The translations under genes were made by a program, and so were the position numbers. A stretch of 64,000 bases of DNA from Camelus ferus. Its lineage: Eukaryota. Each line of letters starts with the position of its first letter. The first letter of the stretch is position 1. Location: positions 102,922,001-102,986,000 of the forward strand of contig NC_045697.1 in the NCBI RefSeq assembly GCF_009834535.1. The letters run 5' to 3'. The notes under the pieces are model-generated. The model worked only from the letters and a program-made list of their open reading frames with translations. It had not been told where the DNA came from and ran no database searches. This document shows, one piece after another, positions 1-12,365 of this stretch.

Positions 1-1009
1 CAGCTAATTTCACATTGAGAAAAAGCTTAGCTTCTTTAACATACATTTAGGGTGCACCATCTTTGAAAAGTATTGTTTCTACTAGAAAAGGTGTGAGGGA
101 CATGTTTAGTTCAACAGTTACCCACTGGGAAAACTGCAAGAGTGATGAGGTTGTATGCATTCACATTATACTGGCATGGAGACTTCAAAAGAGACATTGG
201 ACTTGCTGTGCAAAGCTCACCTTGGCTGTCCTCAGACTCTCCCAATTAAAACAATGCATTGCCATGGCAGCTGTGTCCTTGAGTTATCCAGTGGGGGCCA
301 AAGAACAAGGGTGGGGTTATACGGTACAAGTAAGGATTTGCATTTAGAGGACTGAAAAACCAAGCCATTCTTAGATGGGACAAGAGGAAGCTGGGCTTTA
401 AGCAATGGAGCAAAGTTAGGAACTAGGATGTTTTCACAAGAGGACACCTGTAAAGGACTTACAGTTTTCCCCTTGGGCTGTGAGAATTGTCATATTTGTC
501 ATCGGATATTTTTTTCCCTTCTGTATTATAAATCTCCCTAGTTTACACCAAGCATTTAATTAAGACTATTACATATGCACAGGTCCTGTATCCGTGTGGT
601 GGGAAATTAAAAAGAAGAGCCACAAAAGACAGTATGATCTGTCCTTCCATGGAGACCATCATCATATCATGAGAAAAGGAATCCCAGATCATCCAGGTGG
701 GGACCAGGATGGAGAGCAGAGCTGAGGGCAGTGGGGAAGAGCAAGTGACTCACAGAAGCAGCTGCGGAGGGTGACTCAGTAGCAAATGTGAGGCAAACAT
801 CCTTTTTCTGAAACATCCTAGAGGAAGGTAATTCTCAGGGCTTGAGAAACGGGGATGGTGGGGGAAGGTAAACACTGATTTTATTCTCTGCTATTAGATT
901 CTTCCCTCTCCTTCACCCTCTTCTTCAACAGTTATTAAACTAATTCTTCCTTCCAAGATGGCCCAAATGTATTTTGTTTATACAAGTTATAGAATTCATC
1001 TTATTCCAC

Positions 1010-1150
1010 CATGAATTCCTGTTATTTAATTATATGTCTGTTGTCCCCATTAGATTGCAAAGACAGTGACTGTGACCTGCTCATGGGGGAGGGAGAAACC
1101 TGAGACAGTGTTTTGCATACTGTAGATGCTTCGTAAATGCTTTTACGTGG
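1010..1150 (+). mobile_element. L2 LINE 3' end fragment
   Basis: tagattgcaaagacagtgactgtg...tgtagatgcttcgtaaatgc resembles the degenerate L2 3' terminus. Confidence 0.5.
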
Positions 1151-1603
1151 ATTTGAAAATGGTTTGCTTAGTTGATTTCCTTTTATTGCAAAAGCCAGCT
1201 AAGTTCAGGTCTAATCTTGTCTGCACCCTTCGGTTGACATATCCTCTATAATATTTTAACAGCTTTACCATTGTGAAATAATATTAAATTGAATTAATTC
1301 TTGTTCAGCTTCTCATAGAAGCAAAATCACAAATTTTTTCAGGTGTCAGAATATCAAAGGTACACGTTGTTCTTCCATGATGGGAAAAATAACAACAGGG
1401 TATTTACTCCTCAGGAAAATTCTCGATGCTTTTAGGATGATCTCAACTTCCCCTTAGGAAGTTAGGCTGTTTTAGGAAGATGTAATTGTTGGGTGAAAGG
1501 GAGTCAGGTTTTCCAGTGGTCCAACCAGAGGGGTCAATTATTGAGAAATTGATACTTAAAAATTTTTCTGCTTGACAAAAAACCTGTAACTCCAACCTTC
1601 TCT

Positions 1604-4468
1604 GTATGAGTTTTGTTTCCAGTTTACTAAGATGTAATTGACATATAACATCAAGTAAGTTTAAGGTATACAATGTGATGATTTATATATATATATATTG
1701 CAAAGTGTTTACCACAATAAGATGAGTTAACACATCCATCATCCCACATAGTTACAGTTTGTGTATATATTAAGAATTTTTATGATCTACTCTCTCGGCA
1801 ACTTTCAAATATACAATATTTTTATTAACAATAGTAATATTACATCCCCAGAACTTATTTATCTTATAACTGGAAATTTATTTATTTATTATGTATTACT
1901 TTTAACTGTGGTATAATTGATATATAACATATTAGTTTCAGGTGTACAACATAATGATTTGATATTTGTATTTATTACAAAGTGATCACGTCTAGTTAGC
2001 ATCCGTCACCTACATAATTACAAATTTGTTTTTCTCGTGATGAGAACTTTCAAGATTTACTCTTAGTAACATTCAAATATGCAAGATAGTATTATTAACT
2101 ATAGTTACCATGCATATACATTACTTCCCCAAGACTGATTTATCTAATAACTGGAAGTTTGTACCTTTTGACTCCCTTTACCTGTTTCACCCACCCCTAC
2201 CCCCGAACTCTGGCAACCACCAATCTGTTCTCTGGCTTTTTTAATTTATTAATTAAGTAAGTAAGTACAGTCAGTTCCAATGTGTCAATTTCTGGTTAAG
2301 CACAATGTCCCAGTCATGTATATATGACTGGGACATTGTGTTAGTCTTCATACCAATATGTTTGTCTTCATACCAGGCTGTTCTTTGTGTCTATGAGCTT
2401 GCTTTGTTTTTTGTTTTTTTTGTCTTACTTTAGATTCCACATATAAGTGAGGTAATGTGGTATTTGTTTCTCTGTCTCACTTATTTCACTTAGCATAATA
2501 CCCTCAAGGGTTTTTTTTTTTTCATAACCAAATGTATGATTTATTTTTTGAGAAAAATAATTAAAACTGAGGTTTTTCCAATAAAGGGGAGAAAAAACAA
2601 TGGAATGTATGTACATGTTCTTTATCCATTAGTAGACACTTAAGTTGTTTCCATATCTTGACTATTGTAAATACTGTTGAAATGAATATGGAGGGGCATA
2701 GATCTTTTTTAATGAGTGTTCTCATTTTCTTCAGATAAATACCCAGAAGTGGAATGGCTGGATCATGTGGTAGTTCTATTTTTAATATTTTGAGGAACCT
2801 CCATACTGTTTTCCATAGTGGCTGCACCAATTTACATTCCACCCAACAGTGTACAAGAGTTCTCTTTTCTCCGCACCCTCAGCAACACTTGTTATCTCTT
2901 GTCATTTTGATAATAGCCAATCTAACAGGTGCGAGGTGATATCTTAATTGTGGTTATCATTTGCTTTCCCTGATGATGAGCAATGTTAAACACCTTTTCA
3001 TATTTCACCTCTTTGGCTAAATTTTTCCTAAATATATTATGGTTTTCAATACTACTGTGAATGGGATTGTTTCTTTTATTTGGTTTTCAGATAGTTCTTC
3101 ATTAGTATATAGAAATGCAACTGATTTTTGTATGTTGATTTTGTATTCCACAACTCTACTGAATTTGTTTACTAGTTCTGGTGATTTTTTGGTAGAGTGT
3201 ATGATCCTTGTGACATGTGGTTGAATTCAGGTATTTTGTTGAGAATTTTTGCATCTATGTTCATCAGTTACTGGCCTGTCATTTTCCTTTCTTGTAGTGT
3301 TCTCATCTGGCTTTAGCATCAAGCTAATGCTGGCCTTGCAAAATAAGTTTTGGAGTGTTCCCTTCTCTTCAGTTTTTTGGAAGGGTTTAAGAAGGATTGA
3401 ATTTAAATCTCTTAAATGTTTGGTAGAATTCACCTGTGAAGCCGTTTGGTCCTGGGCTTTTCTTTGTTGGGAGGTTTTTGATTACTGATTCAGTCTTACT
3501 TGTTATTGGTCTGTTCAATTGTTCTATTTCTTCATGACTCACACTTTGTAGGTTACTTCCGTCAGTTTGTTATTTGTTTTCTATATGCCTTATAGCTTTT
3601 TCATCTCATTTACTGCATTACTGTCTTCTTTTGTGTCCTGCAGGTTTTTGCAGTGAATTATTTAATTCCTGTAGTAGGGCTGTGGGCTGGGCTCTGTAGC
3701 TCAGTGGTACTGTAGGCTGCCCAGAGTCAGAGGCTATGCTCAACAGCTGGGCCAGTCTGCCAGCTTGGTTCCTTGCCTTAGCATGTCTACAGGATGGACT
3801 TCATAATGCCCAGTTCTCTGACCAGGCTTCCTGGACTGGGAGGTACTATTGGAGGCTATGCTCAGCAATTGAGCAGGACTGCAGATTTGCTTCCCAGCTT
3901 GGGCTGGATGGTAGGATGGGGTCCAAGGCCAGTACGGCCTATTGACTGGGAAATGAGATCAACTGAGCTCCCTGGCCAGGCACAGCTACCAGCTCAGCTC
4001 TGCAGATGGGCAGAGTTGCAGACTGGAATCTCTATTCAAGGGATATGGCAAGCAGGAACATGGTTTGCCAAGGTCTGAGCACTGATTATTGTAAGCCCCA
4101 CCCCCTTCTATATCTCTGTTTGATTCCCCCAATGATCCCTGAGAGCTGAGACCCAAGTAGCCCTCCTGGGAAGCATCCTGCAATTGTTGGGGGAGCTGGA
4201 TGTTCACTTTGAGTTCTCTTTACCTGCTGGAGAAACCATCGGCCCGAGGGGGCCCTCTCCATACTGTGCTGACCTGGGGGAGGGGCGTGCAGTCAGCGCA
4301 GCCACTCCTCTTGCCTTCTGATATGGTCCTTCCTTGTCTCTGCTTCAGCCTTACCCCTGGGCTCTGGGATTTTCACAATGGTGTCTGTGGAGAGTTGCTA
4401 GTTTGGTCTTCTTGTGAGGGAAATAAAGTTGGGAATGACCCATGTAGCCATCTTGACAATGTCTCTGC
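1604..4468 (-). mobile_element. L1 (L1MA/L1M-type) with both ends but large internal deletions, plus nested L1 3' fragments
   Basis: ORF2 C-terminus [31 protein letters not shown] (2561-2842) and ORF2 segment PFQKTEEKGTLQNLFCKASISL (3227-3433); 5'UTR-like block 3670-4460 with CAAGATGGC on minus; candidate TSD ctccaaccttctct (1590-1603) / cttcaaccttgtct (4469-4482). Confidence 0.9.
2235..2377 (-). mobile_element. Young camelid L1 3' tip nested in older L1, containing a 17-bp-arm palindrome
   Basis: A-rich tail, L1 3' UTR motif aatgtgtcaatttctgg; flanks ctgttctctg (2225-2234) / ctgttctttg (2378-2387). Confidence 0.75.
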
Positions 4469-4779
4469 CTTCAACCTTGTCTAATCACTTACACACACCT
4501 GTGGGTACAATAGTCATTACATAGGAGAGACTCTCCAAAAACCCAACCTTTTTTGCTTTGCATGAATCCTCTCTGAGTGATTTCATTTTCTGTTTAAAAT
4601 GAATAATTGAAGGTAATTTTGACTCTGGAACATGGTCGTGGTATAGGAAATGAAAATAACAGAGTGTAAAATAACATGTTCACTGGGGTTGCACTATCTA
4701 AAATACTGATACTCATGGAAGATAATTATTACAGAAAAGGAATAGTTGTGTTGGAGAAGAACAAGAAAAAGGAAGAAGC

Positions 4780-5215
4780 TGTATTACCAGGGACAATGAC
4801 AAACCTGTTGAAACAGAGACTCTTGGCAATACAGTGGCTTAAAGACAAAAATATTTATTTTTCTTCACACCAGTCCAGGGCAGGAAGGCAGGTACCTTTG
4901 TTCCATGTGGCCACTCAGGGACCCAGACTCCTGAGTCTTATTCCCAGCCATTCCCTAGGGCACTGTCTTCATCTGCAGGGTTACAGTCATGCCTGCTTTC
5001 GGCTGAAAGAAAAGGGACGATATGAAGGAACTTCTGCAGCACCATAGGGTCCAGGCTTAGAAGTAGCAGTTGGTGTCTCTGCTTGTGGTCCTGTGGTGAG
5101 TATTGTCATGTGACCTCACTTAACTGCAAAGAAGCCTGGGAAATGCAATCTAGGTGGGCAGCCTCATACCCTGAATGAGTGAGAGATTGGACTGTGGTTG
5201 ATAACCTCTGCTGTT
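4780..5215 (-). mobile_element. MaLR solo LTR (MLT1J/K-like)
   Basis: cagtggcttaaa..tttattt..cagggacccagactcc..aactgcaaagaagcctgggaaatg motifs typical of old MLT1. Confidence 0.7.
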
Positions 5216-5889
5216 GTAGCTGTCAGCTAGTGAGACAGATGCTTTACAAAGACTGCTTCATTTAATCCACAGAAGCCCAAGCCCCAGGCCCCCTCCCTTG
5301 GAACAGTTATCAAACAGGTGCTCCTCACATTGTCCCTACCAGTATATATAATGCATATTGGTATGTATAATGGTATACACATAATGGTATTCTGAGATTT
5401 TATTACCTAAAAATATTTTAATGTTGCTATACAATAGTTTCAACCAAAAGAATCCATATTTCATTATCTCCAAAGTTCCTTTTTGGCTCCCAAATTTCAA
5501 GTTTTCATTTCCTACATGAAAGAAATATTGCTACATCTTATATTAGTGGTACAGGGCAACAGGGACCATTCCCTGGAACTGAGCTGCAGCAGGGAGGGGG
5601 ACTCTCAAGGAAATTATGAGATGCAAATAATTGAGAACTATTGATTCGTGCCTTCTGAATTTTACCCTGCACATATTTTTGTTTCATCATTCATCCCCAT
5701 TAACATCTAGTTTTTAAAGTAAATTTGCTTTTCTCATTTTAAGAATATTCAATGAGTTCCTATATTAGAAATTTGATTAGGATCAGAATTCATACTTATT
5801 AAATAAGGATATGAATTCAAATATGGATTTTTAGCATCAATATTAGAGAATTAACAATTTTCAACCATGTTGCCTAATTTTTAACCTAT

Positions 5890-6600
5890 AAGGACACCTC
5901 CTCATTCCACGCATGCCAGTTAACTAAACCATAAACTTCAGTGTCATCTTTGGGTGCCTGCTAAATGTGATAATTCAAGTGCTGTCAATTTTACTCCTAA
6001 TTGTGTTTCTTCATTCCTTTCTCTCTGCTTCTGCCTCCCTCAGAGCACCACCTTTAGAGACTTCTACTGGTTTCTCCATGTCTGATCCTGCTGTAATCCA
6101 TTCTGCCAGAAAGTTCTTTTCCCAAAACGCAAACCTGATCATGTAACTGCCTAACAGTTCTAGTGAGTCCCCAATGCCTTCAGAGTACGGACCACGTTTG
6201 ATTTGTTTTTGTTGACATTCTCCACCTTATACTCACTTTACAAACACTTCACAAACTGAGCGATTCTCAAAATCTGTCATGCCCTCTTTTACTTCTGGGC
6301 CTTTGCATCTGCTGTTCTCTCTCACCTGGCTAACTCCCCATGTACGCTCGTGTCTAACTTTTGACACCAGTTTAATCAAGAACTTCACCCTGATTGCCCA
6401 AAAAAGAGCTCATCGCTTTGTGTATTTCTTTAGCATCCTGCACTTAAAGCTCTCTCAGCATTTATTTCAGTATCTTGTGTCTATCAGTTGATTTGTCTAT
6501 CTCTGTAACAAAACTGTAGACTCCTTGAAAGTAGGGATGATCTCTTATTTGTTTAATCCTCAGCATTAGTCTGGTAGCAGATAGGCACTCAATAAATACT
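5890..6600 (+). mobile_element. L2 LINE 3' region
   Basis: ctgatcatgtaactgcc, gggcctttgcatctgctgttc, terminal taggcactcaataaata. Confidence 0.75.
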
Positions 6601-7364
6601 TCTTAGAGAAAGGACAGAAGAACGTCCTTTCGTCCACTTGGCCCTCTTCTTTCTGGAGAAGTGACTGGAGTATCTATTTACTCTGATGTCAGCCTTTATT
6701 CAGCCTGCTGAGTGGGAAAGCGAACAATTCAGGGCTGTCTGACTAACAGAGATGATGGAAGTAATTGCTCGTCCCCGCTGCTGGCGCTCGTGAATAAGGG
6801 GAATGAATCATGGTTATGTTCCTGGTGTGGGTGCCACGAAAATGGTCTGAGGACTCCTGGCAACGCTCTCCAAATTAAGACAAATTTCAGTGTTGGCGGT
6901 TTGAAGTGTTTTCTGGCACCTATATTTCTGTGCACCTCACCTGGCAGAAAATTGTACCATAAAATTGAGTCTGATTGTGTTGGACAAGTAAACTGTGCTT
7001 CTGGTAATTTAAGCATAAAAGCTACCTTCATGGCCTCATTCATTGAGGTATGTCGGGGTGACTAATGAAGACATATCTGAGACGGGTGTGAGTCCAGAGC
7101 AAGGTTAGGGTCTAAATTTGGCTGCTGAATACATGTCCATTGACCTTTCCAGTGTCTGGCAAACTCTATTTTGAAAACAGCTTTGATCTTTAAATGACTA
7201 GAAAAATCTCAGCTGGGCACGGATTCCCACCCAGTCCCATTGCCCCAGCCCCAAATAAGACAATCATGGTCTCTGTCTTTAAAAATGTACAAACCGTCCT
7301 CTGAATAGGTAGGCTCCACATGGCAGATAATTTTTTAATTGCCAGCACCTTCACTTAGAAGTAG

Positions 7365-8265
7365 CTGTGTCAGTTAGGAATCGAGTTCTGCTGTGAATAC
7401 AAAAAGCTCTGAATAAACAGAGGCGTTACCACATTGGGGATTTATTTTTTTCATGCCGTAAGTTCAGAGGTAGAAGATCCAGAGCTGGTAAAGCAGTTCC
7501 AGAATGCCACTGGGACTGGTGTGGGTTGAATTACATCCCTCCAGAAGATACTGAAGTCCTAACCTGTGAATGTCACCTTATTTGGAAAAAGGGTCTTTGC
7601 AGATGTCGTCAAGTTAAGATGAAGTCATTAGGAGAGACCCTAATCCAATGTGACTGGTGTTCTTACAAGAGGGAAATCTAGGTAGAGACACATTGGAAGA
7701 TGCCCACAGGAAGAAGGAGGCAGAGATTGGAGTGATGCTGTCACAAGCTAAGGAACACCTGGGGCTTCCAGACACTGGAAGAGGCAAGGAAGGATCCTCC
7801 CCTAGAGGCTTTGGAGGGAGCATGGCCCTCCTGACACCTTGATTGCAGACATCTAGCCTCCAGATCAGTGGAAGAATGAGTTTCTGCTGTTTTAAGCCAC
7901 TCAGTTTGTGGTTCTTTGTCACGGGAGCCCTAGGAAGCCAATGCAGGGACCTGGGGTCCTTACTTTCCTGCTCAGCTGTGCTATTGGCTGTCTCAGCACG
8001 ACAGCTGCTCCACCTCTCGTCTCGTGTCCAAGTTCCAGGCAGGAAGAAGAGGAAGGTCAATGCATGGAACACATCCACCAGGGGAGCCTACCCACCTAGA
8101 AAGAGCCTTCCTGGAAGACTCACCAAGCCATTTCTGCTTCCATCTCCTCATCTCCCCAGCAGCAAGGGTATCTGAAAAGGCAGTGTTTGAGCTGAAGGCA
8201 ACATTGGCATACAGAGTTCCCTTAGTGAGGAAGAAGGGAAAGTAGACAATGAGTGGGCAGCAGTG
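7365..8265 (-). mobile_element. Old MaLR LTR (MLT1K/L-like) split by a younger MLT1
   Basis: tgtgtcagttagg..ctgctgtgaatacaaaa..tccagagctgg at left; resumes after 7950. Confidence 0.55.
7517..7945 (+). mobile_element. MaLR solo LTR (MLT1B/C)
   Basis: TG...CA termini, gtgaatgtcaccttatttggaaa..ggaggcagagattggagtgatg..ttttaagccac; perfect 5-bp TSD gggac (7512-7516 / 7946-7950). Confidence 0.92.
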
Positions 8266-8446
8266 TTGGAAACTCTTACTCCTTTACTAAATTAGAGGTC
8301 CCTAAATAAGTGTCAGATAGAGTAAAACAAAGAGATCCTAAATTAATAGTCTCCTCTATTTCTCTCTAAAAAATTAAAAATTATAGAATCTAAGAGCTAG
8401 AAGTACACTTAAAGGCTGTCCAAAGACAGTTTAGATTCTATACTTT

Positions 8447-8611
8447 TTAAAAATATGAATTTCTTTATCTACATTGTCTTTCTTTTTAGAGGGGGAGGTA
8501 ATTAGGTTTATTTTTATTTACTTATTTATTTTTAATGGAGGTACTGGGGATTGAACCTAGGACCCACTGCATGCTAAGCACACACTCTACCACTGAGCTA
8601 TACCTTCCCCC
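8447..8611 (-). mobile_element. Vic-1-type tRNA-Ala-derived camelid SINE
   Basis: A box tagctcagtgg and B box ggttcaatcc on minus, A-rich tail with cctaattacctcccc; perfect 15-bp TSD tagattctatacttt (8432-8446 / 8612-8626). Confidence 0.92.
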
Positions 8612-9039
8612 TAGATTCTATACTTTCTGTACATGAAGAATTTTATTTTATTTTTACATGAAGAGTAAGTATTTAGGTATGAAGACTGTGTGTAAGCTAC
8701 GTAATGCTATGAATGCTATCTAAGCAGTGTAGGCAGAGTTTAAAAAGAGGGTGGTAGGGGACCCCTTGACCTCATACGTGAGCTTTTGCTGTTGCACTTG
8801 CCTCAGTGACTAATGTGGTTATGCAGTTCATCTTCAGGAGGTACGATTTTAATCATTTCTTTGCCAAGCTAAATGTTAAAACTCTCCCAGCCACAGAAAA
8901 CACTGACCTTCATAGCTAAGTATGACATCTACTCACTTAACTTTTTCTGTCTTATTTCCTTGAAGCAGAAAATGACAGGTTTTTAGCCCTAAAAGCACAG
9001 AGGCAGCAACCTTGATGATGACCAATATTTGGATAAAAA

Positions 9040-9103
9040 AGAATTAAAACCCCAAAACCAACGATAGGTTTCATGTGAATCAGTCGACTCAGCCCTGTTT
9101 ATT
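9040..9103 (-). terminator. Candidate Pol II poly(A) site
   Basis: AATAAA at 9103-9098 followed ~35 nt later by GU/U-rich gttggttttggggttttaattcttttt in non-repeat sequence. Confidence 0.35.
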
Positions 9104-9834
9104 CTGTGATTAGATTGCTAGACCAAGAAATTAAAGATGCAGATGTTCAGTTGATTTTAAACTCCCTCAAAGGGTGAGAAGAGTAATTTACACCTTTTCA
9201 AAAAGGCTATTTTTTAAGATCTTGAAGCTCGGAGATCCTCCCAGAAGGTCTTTTGGATTGATGTATGTCCTCGAAATTGGTCTCTGAGTGTTAGAAGTTC
9301 AAATGACTTTCCGATCAATGTAGAAAAAGTGTACTGCAAAGTTAATGGAGCGAGGCTGAGTGGTATGAAGTTTTATATAAAATTAAATATGTGTATTATT
9401 CAGGTAAGATAAGATGTGTTCATTTCATTAATAAAAGTTACTCCCACAATATATACAGTGGTCATATAATGAAATCTAACCTGCTCCCCAAGAGTCCCAG
9501 GATCTAAACCTATCAGTTAGGTTAGGAAAATAGACCACCGTCTTAAAACAGACGCTAATAGTCGTTTACAGATCCAGTGAAACCTGCATGGAAAAATTTG
9601 CTTCAGAATGATATATGCTCTAATGCTCAGGGGTACTGTTCTCTGAGTCATTCTAATTTTGGCTTATATTTTGCTGAATTAAGCATTGCCTCAGAATGAG
9701 CAGTCATGAGACAACCAAGGCCAGCAGGAGAGCAGAACAGGGAGACTCCAGGAGAAATTAATCAGTAGCTTGTCTTCTGTGCAATTTGCTCCTTCCACAC
9801 ATCTGCAAAGGCAGTTTAACAGCTGTATTTACTT

Positions 9835-10485
9835 ATTTTTTAAACTATTTTAAAATTTATTTATGTACTTATTTTACAATATCATATTTTTAAAATTGAA
9901 GTATAGTTGATGTACAGTATTATATGTTACGGGTATACAATATAGTGATTCACAAAGTTTTAAAGGTTATACTCCATCTATAGTTATTATAAAATATTGG
10001 CTCTATTCCCCATGTCGTACAGCACATCCTTGTAGCTTATTTTACACCTGACAGTTTGTACCTCTTAATCCTCCACCTCCGTCTTGCCCCTCCCCCTGCC
10101 CTCTCCCACTAGTAACCACTAGTTCCTTCTCTACATCTGTGAGTCTGTTTCTTTTCTGTTATACTCACTAGTTTGTTCTATATTTTTTAGATTCCACATG
10201 TGACTGGTATCTTACAGTATTTGTCTTTCTCTGTCTGACTTATTTCACTGAGCGTAATGCCCTCCAAGTCCATCCATGCTGGGCACCAGAAACTAATACA
10301 ACATTTTAAATCAACTGTACTTCAGTTAAAAAGCAGACAACCAACCAACCCATTTAAAATATGGGCAGAACTGAACAGACGTTTTTCCAGATGAAGAAAT
10401 GCAGATGGTCAACAGGAACATGAAAAGCTGCTCAACATCATTAATATCAGGGAAATGCAAATCAAAATCACAGTGAGATAGCATC
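9835..10485 (-). mobile_element. L1 3' UTR (minus) joined to an inverted ORF2 segment (plus, ~10335-10485) and a small plus-strand L1 tip
   Basis: ttgaagtatagttgat..tagattccacatg..; then gaacatgaaaagctgctcaacatcattaatatcagggaaatgcaaatcaaaa in opposite orientation. Confidence 0.85.
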
Positions 10486-10679
10486 TTTTGTGTTGTGTTT
10501 GTTAACAGACAATACATTTCAATGATGTGACATTTGAAAGATACAAAATAAGAGGCAGGGAAGAATCCCCTTTATTCCTGCTCCCTGCCACCCTTTTCTT
10601 AAGGCAACTAATATTGTCAGTTTCAACATGTCGTCATTGTATTGTATTGATGTCTGTGTATTTATGTATGTGTGTATTT

Positions 10680-11150
10680 ACTTACTCTTTATTGCAAAAC
10701 TTTGAACGTACATTAAGAGAACAGTAAAATGAATAACAGTCCTCCACGTATGACCACCATTTGTTCCTCCACTGGATTATGATAAAGCAAATCTTAGACA
10801 TCATGTTTTATCTATAAATATTTTACTATGGAGTCATCAAAAATAATAATTCATTTTTTAAAAGCTAGCTATAATATTGATATTGTATCCTTCCAAATTC
10901 ATAATAATTATCAAATGACCAATCATCAAATGAATCGATGTTTACATTTCTCTGATTGTCTCATATTTTTGTTTCTGTTTTACAATTGGATCCAAACAGG
11001 GTCTACACATTGCATATGATTGACACATCGCTCAAGTGTCTTTTAATTTGTAGGTTCACCTTCCCTGTTGTTTTGTTTTTCTTTGTATTTTATAGAAGAA
11101 CTTGAATTTTCCAACCTATGGAATTTCTCACATTTTGAATTTAGTTGCTT
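10680..11150 (-). mobile_element. Ancient L1 3' UTR (L1MC/MD/ME-like)
   Basis: aaagcaaatcttagacatcatg..ggatccaaacagggtctacacattgcat motifs. Confidence 0.6.
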
Positions 11151-11369
11151 TGCACTTTCCTAGAGAATTTTGTATACTTCACATTTAAAGTAATTTATTC
11201 CCTGGCTTTTTCACTCCTGGATTTACTCTTCAATAATTTTCACCTCACCTAGATAAAAACAGCTCATTGGTAACAATGAAATGTGAAGAGAATTTACCAT
11301 TTGACACAAGACAAAAATGGGAGGTTATCATTTCTTATTCCTTTCTTTGCTTAAGAGCGTCCTTCCTAC

Positions 11370-12150
11370 CTTTCACGTCCTACATCAATCCACCCCAGAT
11401 CCTATTGGCTTTCCTTTCAAAATATATCCAGAATCCAAATGCTCCTCACCATCGCCGCTACTACGACCCTGGCCCCAGCCAACGCCGCTCACCTGGACTA
11501 TGTGCAATAGCTTCCTAGCGCTTCTGCCTGTGTTTCTCTTCACCCCTTCACCTTTAGAACCAGAGTGATCCTAATAAAGCTCAAGTCAGATGACATCTCT
11601 CCTCTGCTCAGAACCTTCCACGCTCCCTCCTTTACTTGGAGAAAAGCTGAAGTGCGCTACAAGTTCCTTTGTGGTCTGCCTCCTACGTCTCTTTGACCTT
11701 TTCCACCCACCACTTTCTCTTTCTGCAGCCACACTGGCCTGTTTTCCCTAAACATCAGTCACCCTCCTAGCCCACTAGCTGTTTGCTTTGTCTGAAGCCC
11801 TCCTTCACCAGACAGCCGTGCGGCTCGCCACCCCGTGACCTTCAACTCCTTGTTTAACTTTCACCTTCTAAGTGAAGCCTCCCTGACCACCCTGTTCAAA
11901 ATTTCAGCCCCTCCCCTGTTTAAAATGTCAAACTCTGCCTTCCCCATCCCTTTTACCCTGTCTTGTCTTACTTCATAACACCTGACACCTACTAAAGCAC
12001 CACGTGATTTATTTATTATTTTGTTTTTTCTCTCTGTCTCCCTCCAATAGAATGTGATCTCCATGAATTCAGAGATTTTTGTCCATTGTGTTCACTGCTG
12101 TAGCTTCAGTGCCCAGAACAGTGCCCAATAAATGTGTGTTAAGTGGATAC
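11370..12150 (+). mobile_element. L2a 3' region
   Basis: caaaatatatccagaatcc..cctggactatgtgcaatagc..tagaatgtgatctccatga..agaacagtgcccaataaat. Confidence 0.88.
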
Positions 12151-12365
12151 ATTTCAGACACTCAAGGAACCCTTCCTGCGTTCTTTTGCATACAGCACCT
12201 CCTAAATGATCCCTGTCTAGAACATGTGCAGATCAAAGCTTATAGCACATGAGAGCTTGCTCATCCCTGTAACCCTCTGCCCCTGCTTACTGTTATTCTT
12301 TAGATAGAAGTAAAGTTGCTCAATTCACTGGGCAAAGTGAATAGTTGCTCTGGACCTTAAGGACC

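Noticed and set aside
221..447. Minus-strand exon-like segment (tttacag|...CAAG|gtgagc)
   Set aside because: Weak pyrimidine tract, stop before the donor, no recognisable peptide.
7614..8078. 154-aa ORF; likewise 53934-54392 and 50421-50837
   Set aside because: Lie within LTR/MITE sequence, antisense chance ORFs.
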